From: a bacterium
Lineage (GTDB): Bacteria; UBA8248; JACPRG01; G963555815
NCBI GenBank assembly: GCA_965261595.1
Contig: CBDHDG010000006.1
Coordinates: 1,216,001 to 1,280,000 of the forward strand
Reading direction: 5' to 3'
Length of the DNA: 64,000 nucleotides
This document shows positions 1-9,872 of this stretch, one piece after another. The notes under the pieces are model-generated. The model was not told the DNA's origin, made no database searches, and worked only from the letters and a program-made list of their open reading frames with translations. Made by a program: the position numbers and the translations under genes. The first letter of the stretch is position 1. The number at the start of each line of letters is the position of its first letter.

Positions 1-502
1 TGACGTTCAGCAGGCCCGACGTCGCCTGCCAAAGCAGCCCGCTCGCGGACTGCCACAGGTTGGGCGGCAGCGACTTCAGGCGCGCCGCCAGGGAGTTGAC
101 GGTGAGACCCAGCTCCGAGGCGTCCATCCCGGTCACCCGCATCACCCAGGGCGCGATCCAGCTCCGCAACTGTTCAACGTATTGCGGGAACCGTTGGATC
201 AAGTCCGTGACGTGGGATTGGATCAGGGGGAACACCAGAACGGACACGGCGGCCGCGAAGAGCAGGAGGAAAACCATCAGCAAAAGGATGCCGACCCACC
301 GCGACAGCCCCACGCGCTCCAGTTGATCGACCACCGGGTCCAACAGGTAAGCCAGCAGGGCCGCCAGGAAAAACGCCGTGAGGACCGACCGGAAGGCATA
401 GACGGTGTAGAGGACGAGGATGACGGCCGCGACGCCCGCAAGATTCAGCCATACAATCCGGCCGGTCCGACTCGCGGGCGTCCGGACCTCCGGTTCGTTC
501 AA
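1..502 (-). CDS. AI-2E (PerM-like) family transporter, runs off window start
   Basis: Manual translation from TTG at 502 (RBS AGGAG upstream): MNEPEV...FRSVLTAFFLAALLAYLLDPVVDQLERVGLSRWVGILLL, the typical AI-2E N-terminus; not in ORF track because the 3' end is outside the window. Confidence 0.8.
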   Translation of the reverse strand, partial: MNEPEVRTPASRTGRIVWLNLAGVAAVILVLYTVYAFRSVLTAFFLAALLAYLLDPVVDQLERVGLSRWVGILLLMVFLLLFAAAVSVLVFPLIQSHVTDLIQRFPQYVEQLRSWIAPWVMRVTGMDASELGLTVNSLAARLKSLPPNLWQSASGLLWQATSGLLNV

Positions 503-512
503 GGAACGCTCC

Positions 513-1145
513 TCAGGAGGACTCGCCCACCCGCCGCATGAATCTCAGGAGATAGTGAATGCCGGAGACAAACGTAACGATCGCGGCCGCGAAGGAAAGA
601 CCCGAAAGGTAGGGGGCCTGCGTTTCTTGGAAAAAATAGAACAGGAGCGCCCAAAAAATGGTGGCCAGCTGGAGGCAGGTGGTGACCTTGCCGAGAAAAC
701 TCGGCGCCATCACGGACTGTCCCTGGATGCTCCGGAGAAACAACGCCCCGCCCACGATCATCGCGTCCCGGCTGACGACCAGGATCGTCAACCAGACCGG
801 CAGGACGCCCATGGAGGAAAGAACCCAGAAAGAAGCGGTGAGCAGGATTTTGTCGGCCAGCGGGTCCAGAAGGGCCCCCAGCTCCGTCGTCAGGTGATAG
901 CGGCGGGCAATCAGGCCGTCCAACGCGTCGGAAATCCCGGACAGGCAAAAAACGAACAGGGCCGGAACCTTCATCCCGTAAACCAGAAACCCGATAAAGA
1001 TCGGGGTCATCAGGAGGCGCAGAATCGTGATTTGGTTCGGGATGCTCCAGTCGATCCCCCGGGCGGCCGTCGCCTCGCCAATCCGCCGGACGACCTCTTC
1101 CCCCCGCGCCCTCTTCGCCGAAGTGAAACCCTTCACGTTATCCAC
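513..1145 (-). CDS. CDP-alcohol phosphatidyltransferase (PgsA-like)
   Basis: IPNQITILR and DALDGLIARR...GALLDPLADK motifs. Confidence 0.9.
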   Translation of the reverse strand: MDNVKGFTSAKRARGEEVVRRIGEATAARGIDWSIPNQITILRLLMTPIFIGFLVYGMKVPALFVFCLSGISDALDGLIARRYHLTTELGALLDPLADKILLTASFWVLSSMGVLPVWLTILVVSRDAMIVGGALFLRSIQGQSVMAPSFLGKVTTCLQLATIFWALLFYFFQETQAPYLSGLSFAAAIVTFVSGIHYLLRFMRRVGESS

Positions 1146-2082
1146 GATATAACCCCAACGGAAACAGGAGCCGCTTCACCCGCTCCAGGGTCTCGATCGC
1201 CTCGAGTCCGGAAACCGAGCCGAGCGGGAAAAAATCTCCCCTTCCGGTCTTCCGCATCAACCCTCTCCCCAGCGTGAACAAAACCGCGCGCAGGGAGAGG
1301 TGCCGAACCCCCATATCGATCGGGCGGCGCGCCCCAAGGTCGTCATCCGCCTTCACGCCCGCGCCTTGAAAAACATTGTACACCACCACCGCGAGCTGCA
1401 CCCGTTGAAAAGGCTCGCCGGGCCCGAAGGTGTGGTCCGGCCGGGAAGCCATCCACCCCTTTCTGACGGCGTTCAGGATGGCGTCCTTCGCCCAATGGGC
1501 GCCGATATCGGTCAAAACCTCGGTGAAGGGACTCTCCCGGAGTCCTTTCAAATCGGCCATGTGCGCGGCCAGGATGCCCGCCATGTCGCCCCGGGTGATC
1601 CGCTGCGAGCGGGCCGCCTGGCCGACTTCTTTCGGCCAGTTCACCGGGACGCCCAGATAGGCCAAAAAGGCCCGGGTCTCGGGGTCGTCCGGGTTTCGGG
1701 TCAGCGCCGCGCGCAGCCTTCGCCGGGCCCCTTCCAGGTCGCCGGTGAAAAAGGACCACTTCGCCAGGCCCACGATGACCCGCACGTCCGAGGGCGAAAG
1801 CGTCAGGGCCTTTCCATAAAACTGTATGCTGCGGGCGTATTCCCGCCGGGAAAAAGAGAGGTCGCCCAGGCCCAGGTACGGGCGGGGGTCCTCCGGACGC
1901 GCCTTGCGCGCGGCCCCCAGGATGGATTCGGCCTCGGCCGTCCGCCCCTGCCGCATGGCGGACCACGCCCGGCGGTACAGGGCCTCTTCATCCTGGGCCC
2001 CGACAAGCGCGGGCGGGAGCGGCGCACACAGGGCCGCCGCCCACAGCGCCAGGGTCATCCGCGCCCGGACCGCGCTCCTCAC
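1138..2082 (-). CDS. Exported TPR + S-layer-homology domain protein
   Basis: Signal-like N-terminus, TPR helices, SLH motifs (ITRGDMA, TDIGAHWAKDAI, FGPGEPFQRVQLA); GTG start overlaps rluB stop (GTGA). Confidence 0.75.
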   Translation of the reverse strand: MRSAVRARMTLALWAAALCAPLPPALVGAQDEEALYRRAWSAMRQGRTAEAESILGAARKARPEDPRPYLGLGDLSFSRREYARSIQFYGKALTLSPSDVRVIVGLAKWSFFTGDLEGARRRLRAALTRNPDDPETRAFLAYLGVPVNWPKEVGQAARSQRITRGDMAGILAAHMADLKGLRESPFTEVLTDIGAHWAKDAILNAVRKGWMASRPDHTFGPGEPFQRVQLAVVVYNVFQGAGVKADDDLGARRPIDMGVRHLSLRAVLFTLGRGLMRKTGRGDFFPLGSVSGLEAIETLERVKRLLFPLGLYRG

Positions 2083-2810
2083 CGCTTCGGTTTCTCCATC
2101 CCCGTCAGCCGGCGCAACCCTTTCACTTCCGGCTCCTTCAAATATCGCCACTCTCCCGACTTGATCCCCGCCAGCGAGAGGCCCCCGAAGCGGACCCGGC
2201 GTAGCTTCAGAACCGGGTGACCCACGGCTTCGCACATCCGTTTCACCAGGTGGCTTCTCCCTTCCCGGACCGTGAGCCGCAGCCAGGCGGCCCGCGCCAG
2301 GCGGGTGTCCAGCCGGACGTTCTCGGCGACCCCCGGACCGTCGTCCAGCTCGACCCCCCGGGCCAGCCGCTTGAGTGTGCGCTCGTCCGGCAATCCCCGC
2401 ACCTTCGCGCGGTAGGTCCGTTCGACGCCGTACCGGGGGTGGGTGAGACGGTTGGCCAACGACCCTTCGGTCGTCAAAAGGAGAACCCCGTCGGTGTCAT
2501 AGTCCAGCCGCCCCACCGGCTGGACGGGGGCCTTGACGCTCGTGAGGCAATCGTACACGGTGGCCCGCCCTTGCGGATCGCGCCGCGTCGTCACGACGCC
2601 GCGCGGCTTGTACAGGAGGAGGGTCACGCCGGGCCGGGGAGGCCGGACGGGCTTGCCGTCCAGGTGCACCCGGTCCGAGGAAGGGTCCACGTCGAGCCAG
2701 GGTTCTTTGATCGGCCGACCGTTGACCTTCACCCGGCCGGCCAGGACCAATTCCCCCGCGCCGCGGCGGGAGGCCGCGCCCGCGCCCGCCAGCCATTTGA
2801 CCAGTCTCAT
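2079..2810 (-). CDS. rluB: rRNA pseudouridine synthase, RsuA/RluB family
   Basis: S4 domain (MRLVKWLA..ASRRGA), GRLD motif, EGRSHLVKRM; follows scpAB with ATGA overlap. Confidence 0.85.
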   Translation of the reverse strand: MRLVKWLAGAGAASRRGAGELVLAGRVKVNGRPIKEPWLDVDPSSDRVHLDGKPVRPPRPGVTLLLYKPRGVVTTRRDPQGRATVYDCLTSVKAPVQPVGRLDYDTDGVLLLTTEGSLANRLTHPRYGVERTYRAKVRGLPDERTLKRLARGVELDDGPGVAENVRLDTRLARAAWLRLTVREGRSHLVKRMCEAVGHPVLKLRRVRFGGLSLAGIKSGEWRYLKEPEVKGLRRLTGMEKPKR

Positions 2811-3340
2811 ACGGCGCTCGACACTTCTCCGGGCTTCGGCAAATCCTGGATGGAATGGAAACCGAAATGTTCCAGAAAGCGGGAGGTGGTTCCGTAGGCC
2901 AGCGGCCGTCCCACAACCTTGCGGCGGCCGACGATGCGGACCAGCTCCCGCTCCATCAGCGTATGCAGGACGCCGCTGCAATCCAGGCCGCGCACTTCTT
3001 CAAGCTCCGCCCGGGTCACGGGTTGGCGGTAGGCCACGACCGCGAGGGTTTCGAGCGCGGCCGGAGACAGGCGCGAGCGCGTCGTCCGCTTCAGGTATCG
3101 CTTCACCCACCCGCCGTATTGGGGCCGCGTCGCCAGCCGGCATCCTCCGCCGGCCCGCCGGAGCTGAAGGGCCCGCCCCTCATACTGGGCGTCGATCTCC
3201 GCCAGGGCGGCCTCCACGCCCTCCGCGTCCAACCGGCCGTCGAACATCTCGACCAGGTCCTTGATCCGGACGGGCTCCTCCGACACGAAGAGCAAGGTCT
3301 CGATGATCGCCTTCACGTCCTGTGGATTCCGATCAGCCAT
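2807..3340 (-). CDS. scpB: SMC-Scp complex subunit ScpB
   Basis: LSPAALETLAVVAYRQPVTRAELEEVRG, YGTTSRFLEHFG. Confidence 0.95.
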   Translation of the reverse strand: MADRNPQDVKAIIETLLFVSEEPVRIKDLVEMFDGRLDAEGVEAALAEIDAQYEGRALQLRRAGGGCRLATRPQYGGWVKRYLKRTTRSRLSPAALETLAVVAYRQPVTRAELEEVRGLDCSGVLHTLMERELVRIVGRRKVVGRPLAYGTTSRFLEHFGFHSIQDLPKPGEVSSAV

Positions 3341-4064
3341 TTCCGGCGGCCTCCGGATAGAGGTAGATGGCGCCGTGGATTTCGTTCTGCCGGATCCGGA
3401 TCAGCCGCTGGCGGATGAGCTCGAGCATCGCCAGGAAGGTGGCCGCGATCTCGATCCGCCGGACCATCCGCTCGAACAGCGCGGGGAAGGTCGTCCCTTC
3501 GGACCGGACGCGATTCAGGACGAACGTCAACCGCTCGGCGAGATCCATCTCGTCCACGTCGATTTCGTGGCGGCCCGCGTCGCCGATCCGGCGCATGACG
3601 CCCTCGTACGCCTTGAGCAGATCGAAAATGCGCACCTCTCCCAGAAAGGTCTCGGCCGGAACCGGCTCGTCCTCCATCGGGACCGAATCCGGCGAAAGGG
3701 CGCGCCGGTAGATCCCTTCATGGATCGCCTCGCGCTCCTGGAGCGCACCGGCGATTTCCTTGAACCGCTGGTATTCGAGCAGGCGGTCCACCAGATCCCG
3801 GCGCGGGTCTTCCTCCTCCACGGCCTCCTCATCCTCACGGGGGAGCAGCATCCGCGACTTGATGTACGTGAGCGTTGCGGCCATCACGAGAAAATCGCCC
3901 GCCACCTCGATGTTCAGTGTCTTCATGAACTTCAGGTAATCGAGATACTGATCGGTGATGCGGGCGATCGGGATGTCACAGATGTTGACCTGGTTCTCAC
4001 GAATCAGGTGGAGGAGAAGATCGAGGGGGCCTTCGAAAATTTCCAGACGGACTTTGTAGGTCAT
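3333..4064 (-). CDS. scpA: Segregation/condensation protein A
   Basis: MTYKVRLEIFEGPLDLLLHLI, FLVMAATLTYIKSRMLLP, FLAMLEL; start set at ATG 4064. Confidence 0.95.
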   Translation of the reverse strand: MTYKVRLEIFEGPLDLLLHLIRENQVNICDIPIARITDQYLDYLKFMKTLNIEVAGDFLVMAATLTYIKSRMLLPREDEEAVEEEDPRRDLVDRLLEYQRFKEIAGALQEREAIHEGIYRRALSPDSVPMEDEPVPAETFLGEVRIFDLLKAYEGVMRRIGDAGRHEIDVDEMDLAERLTFVLNRVRSEGTTFPALFERMVRRIEIAATFLAMLELIRQRLIRIRQNEIHGAIYLYPEAAGNG

Positions 4065-4353
4065 TCTTCCTCTATCGCGCTCGGATGGCCAGCCAGCCAC
4101 CTCCATGGAATGTATCCCGGCCTTCGGGCGGATGTCAACGTAAAGATTCGGGACCCGGCGGAAAATCGTGGCTTCCGCCGCCCCGCGGCGGAAGCCGTCA
4201 CCGGATTCATCCCCCAAAAACCTCCCGGGGAAACAACCGCAAATCGAAGCGCCTTATGTATAATCCATCCATCCTGCTTTTTCCGGCCGCCGGAAGGGGT
4301 CCGCATCTTCCGGTGACGACCTTTCATCCCTTTCGCCGAGGAATCCCCCCGCG

Positions 4354-5346
4354 ATGACAAAACTTCGATTGACCCTTGCCTGCCACATCTCGGACCGGAC
4401 CCGGGCCGTCGCCGACGGCAGCGCGCCCATCGACGGCGTCGATCTGAACTGGCTGAACCTTCACGTGGCCGAGATCTTCTGGCGGATGTGCCAACACCGG
4501 GAGTTCGACGCCTCGGAGATGTCCCTGGGCGCCCACACGACCCTCACCGGCAAAGGGGAATCGCCCTTCATCGGCGTTCCGGTCTTTCCGTCCCGGGTCT
4601 TCCGGCACTCGGGGATCTTCATCTGCGCCAAAAACGGGATCGGGCGCCCGGAAGACCTGAAAGGGCGGCGCATCGGGATTCCCGAATACGCCATGACGGC
4701 CTGCGTCTGGATGCGGGGGCTGCTCCACCACGAATACGGCGTCGCGCCGGAAGACGTCACCTGGGTGGCCGGAGGCCAGGAAGTCCCCGGAAGGAAGGAG
4801 CGCGTCGCCCTCGACCTCCCCGCCTCGATCCGCCTGGAGTCGATTCCCGAACACGACACCCTGAACCGGGCGCTTTGCGAGGGAGAGGTGGACGCCCTGT
4901 TCTGCGCGCATCCCCCTTCCGCCTTCCAGGCCGGAGACCCGCGCGTGAAGCGGCTCTTCCCCGATTTCCGCGCCGCCGAGCAGGACTATTTTCGCCGCAC
5001 GGGCCTGTTCCCCATCATGCACACGCTCGTCCTGCGCCGGGACGTTCACGAGGACAACCCCTGGCTGGCCCAGAGCCTCCTTCAGGCCTTCCAGGCGGCG
5101 AAGCGGGAGGTGGAGCGCGCCCTGGGAGACCCGGGCTGGCTCATCACGATGCTGCCCTGGCAGGTCGCCGAAATGGACGACACCCGCCGGGTCATGGGCG
5201 ACGATTTCTGGCCTTACGGGATCGAGGCCAACCGCAAGACCCTCGAGACTTTCTGCCAATACGCCCTGGAGCAGGGCTTGACGTCGAGGCGGGTCGCCGT
5301 AGAGGAGATCTTCGCCCCCAACACGGCCGAGGCCTGGAAGCTGTAG
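4354..5346 (+). CDS. 4,5-dihydroxyphthalate decarboxylase-like / ABC substrate-binding-fold protein
   Basis: EIFWRM..EFDASEMS, PVFPSRVFRHS, FPIMH, DFWPYGIEANRKTL. Confidence 0.8.
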   Translation: MTKLRLTLACHISDRTRAVADGSAPIDGVDLNWLNLHVAEIFWRMCQHREFDASEMSLGAHTTLTGKGESPFIGVPVFPSRVFRHSGIFICAKNGIGRPEDLKGRRIGIPEYAMTACVWMRGLLHHEYGVAPEDVTWVAGGQEVPGRKERVALDLPASIRLESIPEHDTLNRALCEGEVDALFCAHPPSAFQAGDPRVKRLFPDFRAAEQDYFRRTGLFPIMHTLVLRRDVHEDNPWLAQSLLQAFQAAKREVERALGDPGWLITMLPWQVAEMDDTRRVMGDDFWPYGIEANRKTLETFCQYALEQGLTSRRVAVEEIFAPNTAEAWKL

Positions 5347-5612
5347 AGCCGCGCCGAATGGAAACCCAGCGGAGATTGAGGGTCAACCGACCCGCGCTGC
5401 AACTCACAGATCGTGTGCGCCGACCAAGTTGTGATAAGCACGAGGGCCCTCATCCGCAGCTTGGCCGGCGCGCAAGCGCCCCCCGTTTACAGGACGCGGG
5501 GTTCTCATCCCGGCCCGGCCCTGTTATAAAGGACCCCATACGTAAAAGACCCGTTGGCTCGCCCCATCCGGGAATTTCTCGCGCAACCCGCACGCACCAG
5601 GAGGCGCAATCC

Positions 5613-6788
5613 GTGACCGGACGCTCCTTTCTCTCGGACAGGGTTCAGCAACTCGGCGTTTCGCCCATTCGAGAGATCTTCGAGATCGCCGCCAAGATGA
5701 AAGACGTCGTTCGACTGGAAGTCGGGGAGCCCGACTTCGACACCCCCGCTTACATCGTGGACGCCTGCAAGGCCGCCCTGGACAGCGGGTTCACCCACTA
5801 CACATCGTTCGGGGGGATCCCCGAGCTCCGCAAGGCCCTGGCCGGCAAGCTCCGGCGAGAGAACGGCATCGAGGTCAATCCCGAGAACCAGGTCGTCGTC
5901 ACGCCGGGCGGGACAGGCGCGCTGTATGAGGCCGTCCAGGCCACGGTGAACCCCGGCGAGGAGGTTCTCCTTCCTTCTCCCGGGTGGCCTCAGTACACTT
6001 CCATCGTCCAGCTTGCGGCGGCGACGCCCGCGTACTATCCGATCACGGAATCCGGCGGTTTCATGGCCACGCGGGCCCTCATCGAGCCCCACATCAACGA
6101 CAAGACGAAGGTCCTGCTCATCAACTCGCCCAGCAATCCCACCGGCGGCGTCATCGACCGCGAGGCGCTCGAAGGGATCTGCGACCTGGTCCGGGAAAGG
6201 GACATCCTCCTGTTCTCGGACGAGGTGTACGAGCTCATCCTCTACGAAGGCGAGCACATCAGCCCGGCGGCCCTGCCCGGCATGGCCGAGCGCACGATCA
6301 CGATCAACGCCGCTTCGAAGACCTTCGCCATGACGGGCTGGCGCATCGGCTACGCCGCCGGACCCGCCGACATCATCACGGAGATGACGAAGCTAAACCT
6401 CTACACCAACACCCACCCCAACTCCTTCGTCCAGCTTGCGTGCGTGGAAGGCTATGACAACCAGCAGCAGGACGTTCTGGACGAGATGGTCTCGTCCTAC
6501 CGGCAGCGGCGGGACTTCATGGTGAAGAACTTGAATGAGCTCCCCGGCGTCCGCTGCCCCAACCCGAAAGGGGCCTTTTACCTGTTCCTCAACATCGAGG
6601 GCACGGGGCTGAGCTCGATGGAGTTCGCGAAGACGCTCCTGGAAAAAGGCGGGGTGTCGACGGTCCCCGGAAGCGGCTTCGGCCCCGGCGGGGAGGGCTA
6701 TCTGCGCCTCTGCTTCGCCCAATCGATGGATGAGCTGGAAAAGGCGGTGGACCGGATGGCGAAGGTGACGGGGGAGCTGAAAGGGTAG
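5613..6788 (+). CDS. PLP-dependent aminotransferase class I/II (aspartate aminotransferase-like)
   Basis: GEPDFDTP, NSPSNPTG, SDEVY, SKTFAMTGWRIG; GTG start after GGAGG. Confidence 0.92.
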   Translation: MTGRSFLSDRVQQLGVSPIREIFEIAAKMKDVVRLEVGEPDFDTPAYIVDACKAALDSGFTHYTSFGGIPELRKALAGKLRRENGIEVNPENQVVVTPGGTGALYEAVQATVNPGEEVLLPSPGWPQYTSIVQLAAATPAYYPITESGGFMATRALIEPHINDKTKVLLINSPSNPTGGVIDREALEGICDLVRERDILLFSDEVYELILYEGEHISPAALPGMAERTITINAASKTFAMTGWRIGYAAGPADIITEMTKLNLYTNTHPNSFVQLACVEGYDNQQQDVLDEMVSSYRQRRDFMVKNLNELPGVRCPNPKGAFYLFLNIEGTGLSSMEFAKTLLEKGGVSTVPGSGFGPGGEGYLRLCFAQSMDELEKAVDRMAKVTGELKG

Positions 6789-6848
6789 AGGCGAAAATCG
6801 CGGGGGACGTTTTTTGAACGACGTGCCCTCGCCCCCACCAGTCCCTCC

Positions 6849-7592
6849 TTATACCGGCTTCAACCCTAAACCCATTTCGATCGCGTCTACGTTCAGGTGC
6901 TCCTCGACGGCGTTGATGAGCCGCATGGGGTCCGGGGTGTCGCCGCCGGCAATCGGCAGGTGGGGCAGGACACCCAGGAGGGGAACGTCGGTGAGGGCCG
7001 TCAGGACGTCCGGGTTGGTCTCCTCTGAAACCGTTGAAGGCGGGGCGGCGGCGCTCAGAACGACGCCGAGGACGCGGAGGTCCCGGCGGGCGGCCGCTTC
7101 GAGGGTCAGGAGGGTGTGATTCAGCGTTCCCAACCCCAGCCGCCCGACCACCAGGATCGGCGCGCCGAACCGGACGGCCAGGTCCGAGACCCGGAACCCC
7201 TCCGCAATGGGGACGAGGAACCCGCCGACGCCTTCGATCAGCGTCACATCATGGGCGGCGCGAATCCCCTCGAAGGCCGAGACGATCCGCTCGGGGTCGA
7301 TCCGGCGTCCTTCTCTCTCGGCGGCGACGAACGGCGCCAGGGGCTCGCGGAACCGGTAGGGGCAGATTGCGTCCAGCGGGCCCTCGCACCCGGCCATTGC
7401 TTTGACGAACAGCGCGTCCCGGGGGACCGTTTCTCCCCCCTCCTCCGGGCACCCGCTTTCCGCCGGCTTCATGTTTCCGACCAGACGGCCGCGGCGCCTG
7501 AGCGCCCCCGCCAGCCCCCCGGCCGTCCAGGTCTTCCCGACGCCGGTGTCCGTCCCGGTGATGAACAGGGCCTTGCCTTGGGGACTTCTCAT
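6849..7592 (-). CDS. bioD: Dethiobiotin synthase
   Basis: ITGTDTGVGKT, KPAESG, EGVGG, LGTLNHTLLT. Confidence 0.95.
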   Translation of the reverse strand: MRSPQGKALFITGTDTGVGKTWTAGGLAGALRRRGRLVGNMKPAESGCPEEGGETVPRDALFVKAMAGCEGPLDAICPYRFREPLAPFVAAEREGRRIDPERIVSAFEGIRAAHDVTLIEGVGGFLVPIAEGFRVSDLAVRFGAPILVVGRLGLGTLNHTLLTLEAAARRDLRVLGVVLSAAAPPSTVSEETNPDVLTALTDVPLLGVLPHLPIAGGDTPDPMRLINAVEEHLNVDAIEMGLGLKPV

Positions 7593-7638
7593 GGAGGGAA
7601 TTTCCCGTTGGCGCCATGTCGTTCGCGGAATGCGCTCA

Positions 7639-8481
7639 TCAGGATTGCGTTTGACTTTCCCCCGGCAGGACGATGACCGAATCGTCCCGGTTTCCCCATT
7701 CCCACCAGGACCCCAGGTAGTTCTTCACGTTCGGGTAGCCGAGCAGCTTCAGGGCCAGATACGTGTTGGCCGAGCGGTAGCCTCCCTGGCAATAAGGCAG
7801 GATGTTTTTGTCGGGCGTGACGCCTTTGGATTCGTAGAGCGCCCGGATCTCTTCGGCGGGGCGGAAGGCGCCTTTCCCGTCCAGGTGCTCGCGCCAGAAG
7901 AGGTGGACGGCCCCGGGAATCGTCCCGACCCGCCGCGCGCGCTTCTCGGTCCCGACGTATTCGGACTCCCGCCGTGTGTCGAGGAGGATGGTTTCCGGGT
8001 CTTCGATGGCCGCGTGGACGTCGAACCGCGTCGCCAGGCGGTCCATCCTGCGGCGGTTGCCCTCGAAGGACATCCGCTCCACACCCTCGGCCTTTGCCGT
8101 GACCGAGTGGCCCGCCTCCCGCCACGCCGGAAGGCCGCCGTCCAGGAGCCGGGCGTCCGGGTGGTCGAAGAGATCGAGGAGCCAGACGCCCCGGGCGGCG
8201 CGCTCTCCGGACTCGTGGTCGTAGAAGACGACGGTCCTGTCGCGGTCCACGCCCCGGAAGCCGAAGAGGTTCTCGACCATCCAGAGGAAGGCGTTCAGGG
8301 GGTTTTCGGAGGTGTCGTTGAGACTCACGCCGTAAAAATCGAAATGCAGGGCGGTCTCGATGTGGCCGTTGGCGTAATCCTCCCCCGGCCGGACGTCGAT
8401 GAGGGTGACATCACGAAGCCGCGCGTTCAGCTCGTCGGGTGTGATGAGGCGCCTTGGCTCGGAAAATCCTTTGTACGTCAT
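7639..8481 (-). CDS. Two-domain rhodanese / sulfurtransferase
   Basis: IDVRP..YANGHI, LDGGLPAW, active loop YCQGGYRS, YLGSWWEW. Confidence 0.9.
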   Translation of the reverse strand: MTYKGFSEPRRLITPDELNARLRDVTLIDVRPGEDYANGHIETALHFDFYGVSLNDTSENPLNAFLWMVENLFGFRGVDRDRTVVFYDHESGERAARGVWLLDLFDHPDARLLDGGLPAWREAGHSVTAKAEGVERMSFEGNRRRMDRLATRFDVHAAIEDPETILLDTRRESEYVGTEKRARRVGTIPGAVHLFWREHLDGKGAFRPAEEIRALYESKGVTPDKNILPYCQGGYRSANTYLALKLLGYPNVKNYLGSWWEWGNRDDSVIVLPGESQTQS

Positions 8482-8501
8482 GAAATCCTCCCGGTATTTT
8501 T

Positions 8502-9872
8502 TCAGTTCGTTTCCGTCGCCGCCCGGATGCTCTCAAACGTCGTCCGGACGATCTCCCGCAGCACCTCATCCGGCGTCGCCAACGGCGGCATGAGGACGAT
8601 GACGTTGCCGAGGGGACGGATGAGGAGGCCGAGCTTGCGGGCCTCGATCGCCACTTGATGGCCGACGCGCTCTTCAGGCGGATAGGGCGCTTTCGTCTCG
8701 GTGTCCAGGACCAGCTCGATCCCCGCCATCAGCCCGCGCCGGCGGATCTCCCCCACGTGCGGGCGCGTCTTCATCCGGTCCAGCTCCCCGGCAAAAAGAT
8801 CGATCTTCCCCGGCAGCCGGTCGAGCGTCCTCTCCTCCTCGAAGATGTCCAGGTTGGCCAGGGCGGCCGCGCAGGCGATGGGGTTGCCGGTGTACGTGTG
8901 GCCGTGAAAGAAGGTCCGCATCGAGGCGGCGTCCCCGAGAAAGGCCCCGTAGACCTCCTCGGTTGCCAGCGTGGCGGCGAGGGGGAGCGTCCCCCCGGTG
9001 ATTCCCTTGGCGACAGCCATGAGGTCCGGGACCACGCCTTCGCGCTCGCAGGCCCACATCGTCCCTGTCCGGCCGAAACCCGTGGCGACCTCGTCGGCGA
9101 TGAGGAGGACATCGCATTCGTCGCAAACCTTCCGGACGCGCTTCAGGAATCCCTCCGGGGCGGCGATCATCCCGCCCGCCCCCTGCATGACGGGCTCGAC
9201 GATGAACGCGGCCAGCTCATCGGCGTGCTCGCGGACCCGCGCCTCCATCTCGTCGGCGCAAAAGAGGTCGCACGCCGGATACGTCTTGCCGAACGGGCAC
9301 CGGTAGCAGTAAGGGGCCTCCGCTTTGACCGTATCGAACAACAGGGGCCGGTACACCTCATGGAACAGGTCGATGCCGCCGACGCTCACCGCGCCGATCG
9401 TGTCCCCGTGATAGGCCTCCCGGAGGGAGATGAACCCGCGCTTCTCCGGCCGGGGGGGCGTTCGCTGGACCTGATACTGGAAGGCGATCTTCAGGGCGAC
9501 CTCGACCGCCGTGGCCCCGCTGTCCGAGTAAAAAACGCGCGTCAGGCCCTCGGGCGCGACGGCGGCCAGCCTTTCGGCCAGGCGGACGGCGGCCGGGTGG
9601 GTGAGTCCGAGGAGGGTCGAGTGGTCGAGCGTAGCGGCCTGGCGGGAGATGGCCTCGACGATCTTCGGGTGGCCGTGGCCGTGAACGACGCACCACAGGG
9701 ACGAGACCCCGTCGATGTAGCGGCGGCCCGCCTCGTCGATGAGATGCACCCCTTCGCCCCGGACGATGACGGGAAAATCCTCCTTCTCCCATTCGAGCAT
9801 CTGGGTGAAGGGGTGCCACAGGTGTTCGAGATCGCGGGCGGCGATGTCGGATCGGTTCCGGCGGTCATTCAT
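8502..9872 (-). CDS. bioA: Adenosylmethionine-8-amino-7-oxononanoate transaminase
   Basis: HLWHPFTQM, YSDSGATAVEVALK, YHGDT, DEVATGFGRTG, HGHTYTGNP. Confidence 0.95.
   Translation of the reverse strand: MNDRRNRSDIAARDLEHLWHPFTQMLEWEKEDFPVIVRGEGVHLIDEAGRRYIDGVSSLWCVVHGHGHPKIVEAISRQAATLDHSTLLGLTHPAAVRLAERLAAVAPEGLTRVFYSDSGATAVEVALKIAFQYQVQRTPPRPEKRGFISLREAYHGDTIGAVSVGGIDLFHEVYRPLLFDTVKAEAPYCYRCPFGKTYPACDLFCADEMEARVREHADELAAFIVEPVMQGAGGMIAAPEGFLKRVRKVCDECDVLLIADEVATGFGRTGTMWACEREGVVPDLMAVAKGITGGTLPLAATLATEEVYGAFLGDAASMRTFFHGHTYTGNPIACAAALANLDIFEEERTLDRLPGKIDLFAGELDRMKTRPHVGEIRRRGLMAGIELVLDTETKAPYPPEERVGHQVAIEARKLGLLIRPLGNVIVLMPPLATPDEVLREIVRTTFESIRAATETN

Noticed and set aside
4488..5612. 766-aa ORF as an extended aminotransferase, and similar long N-terminal extensions (30138, 17797, 58913)
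   Set aside because: Extensions are low-complexity shadow translations of GC-rich DNA; RBS-supported internal starts match the family N-termini.
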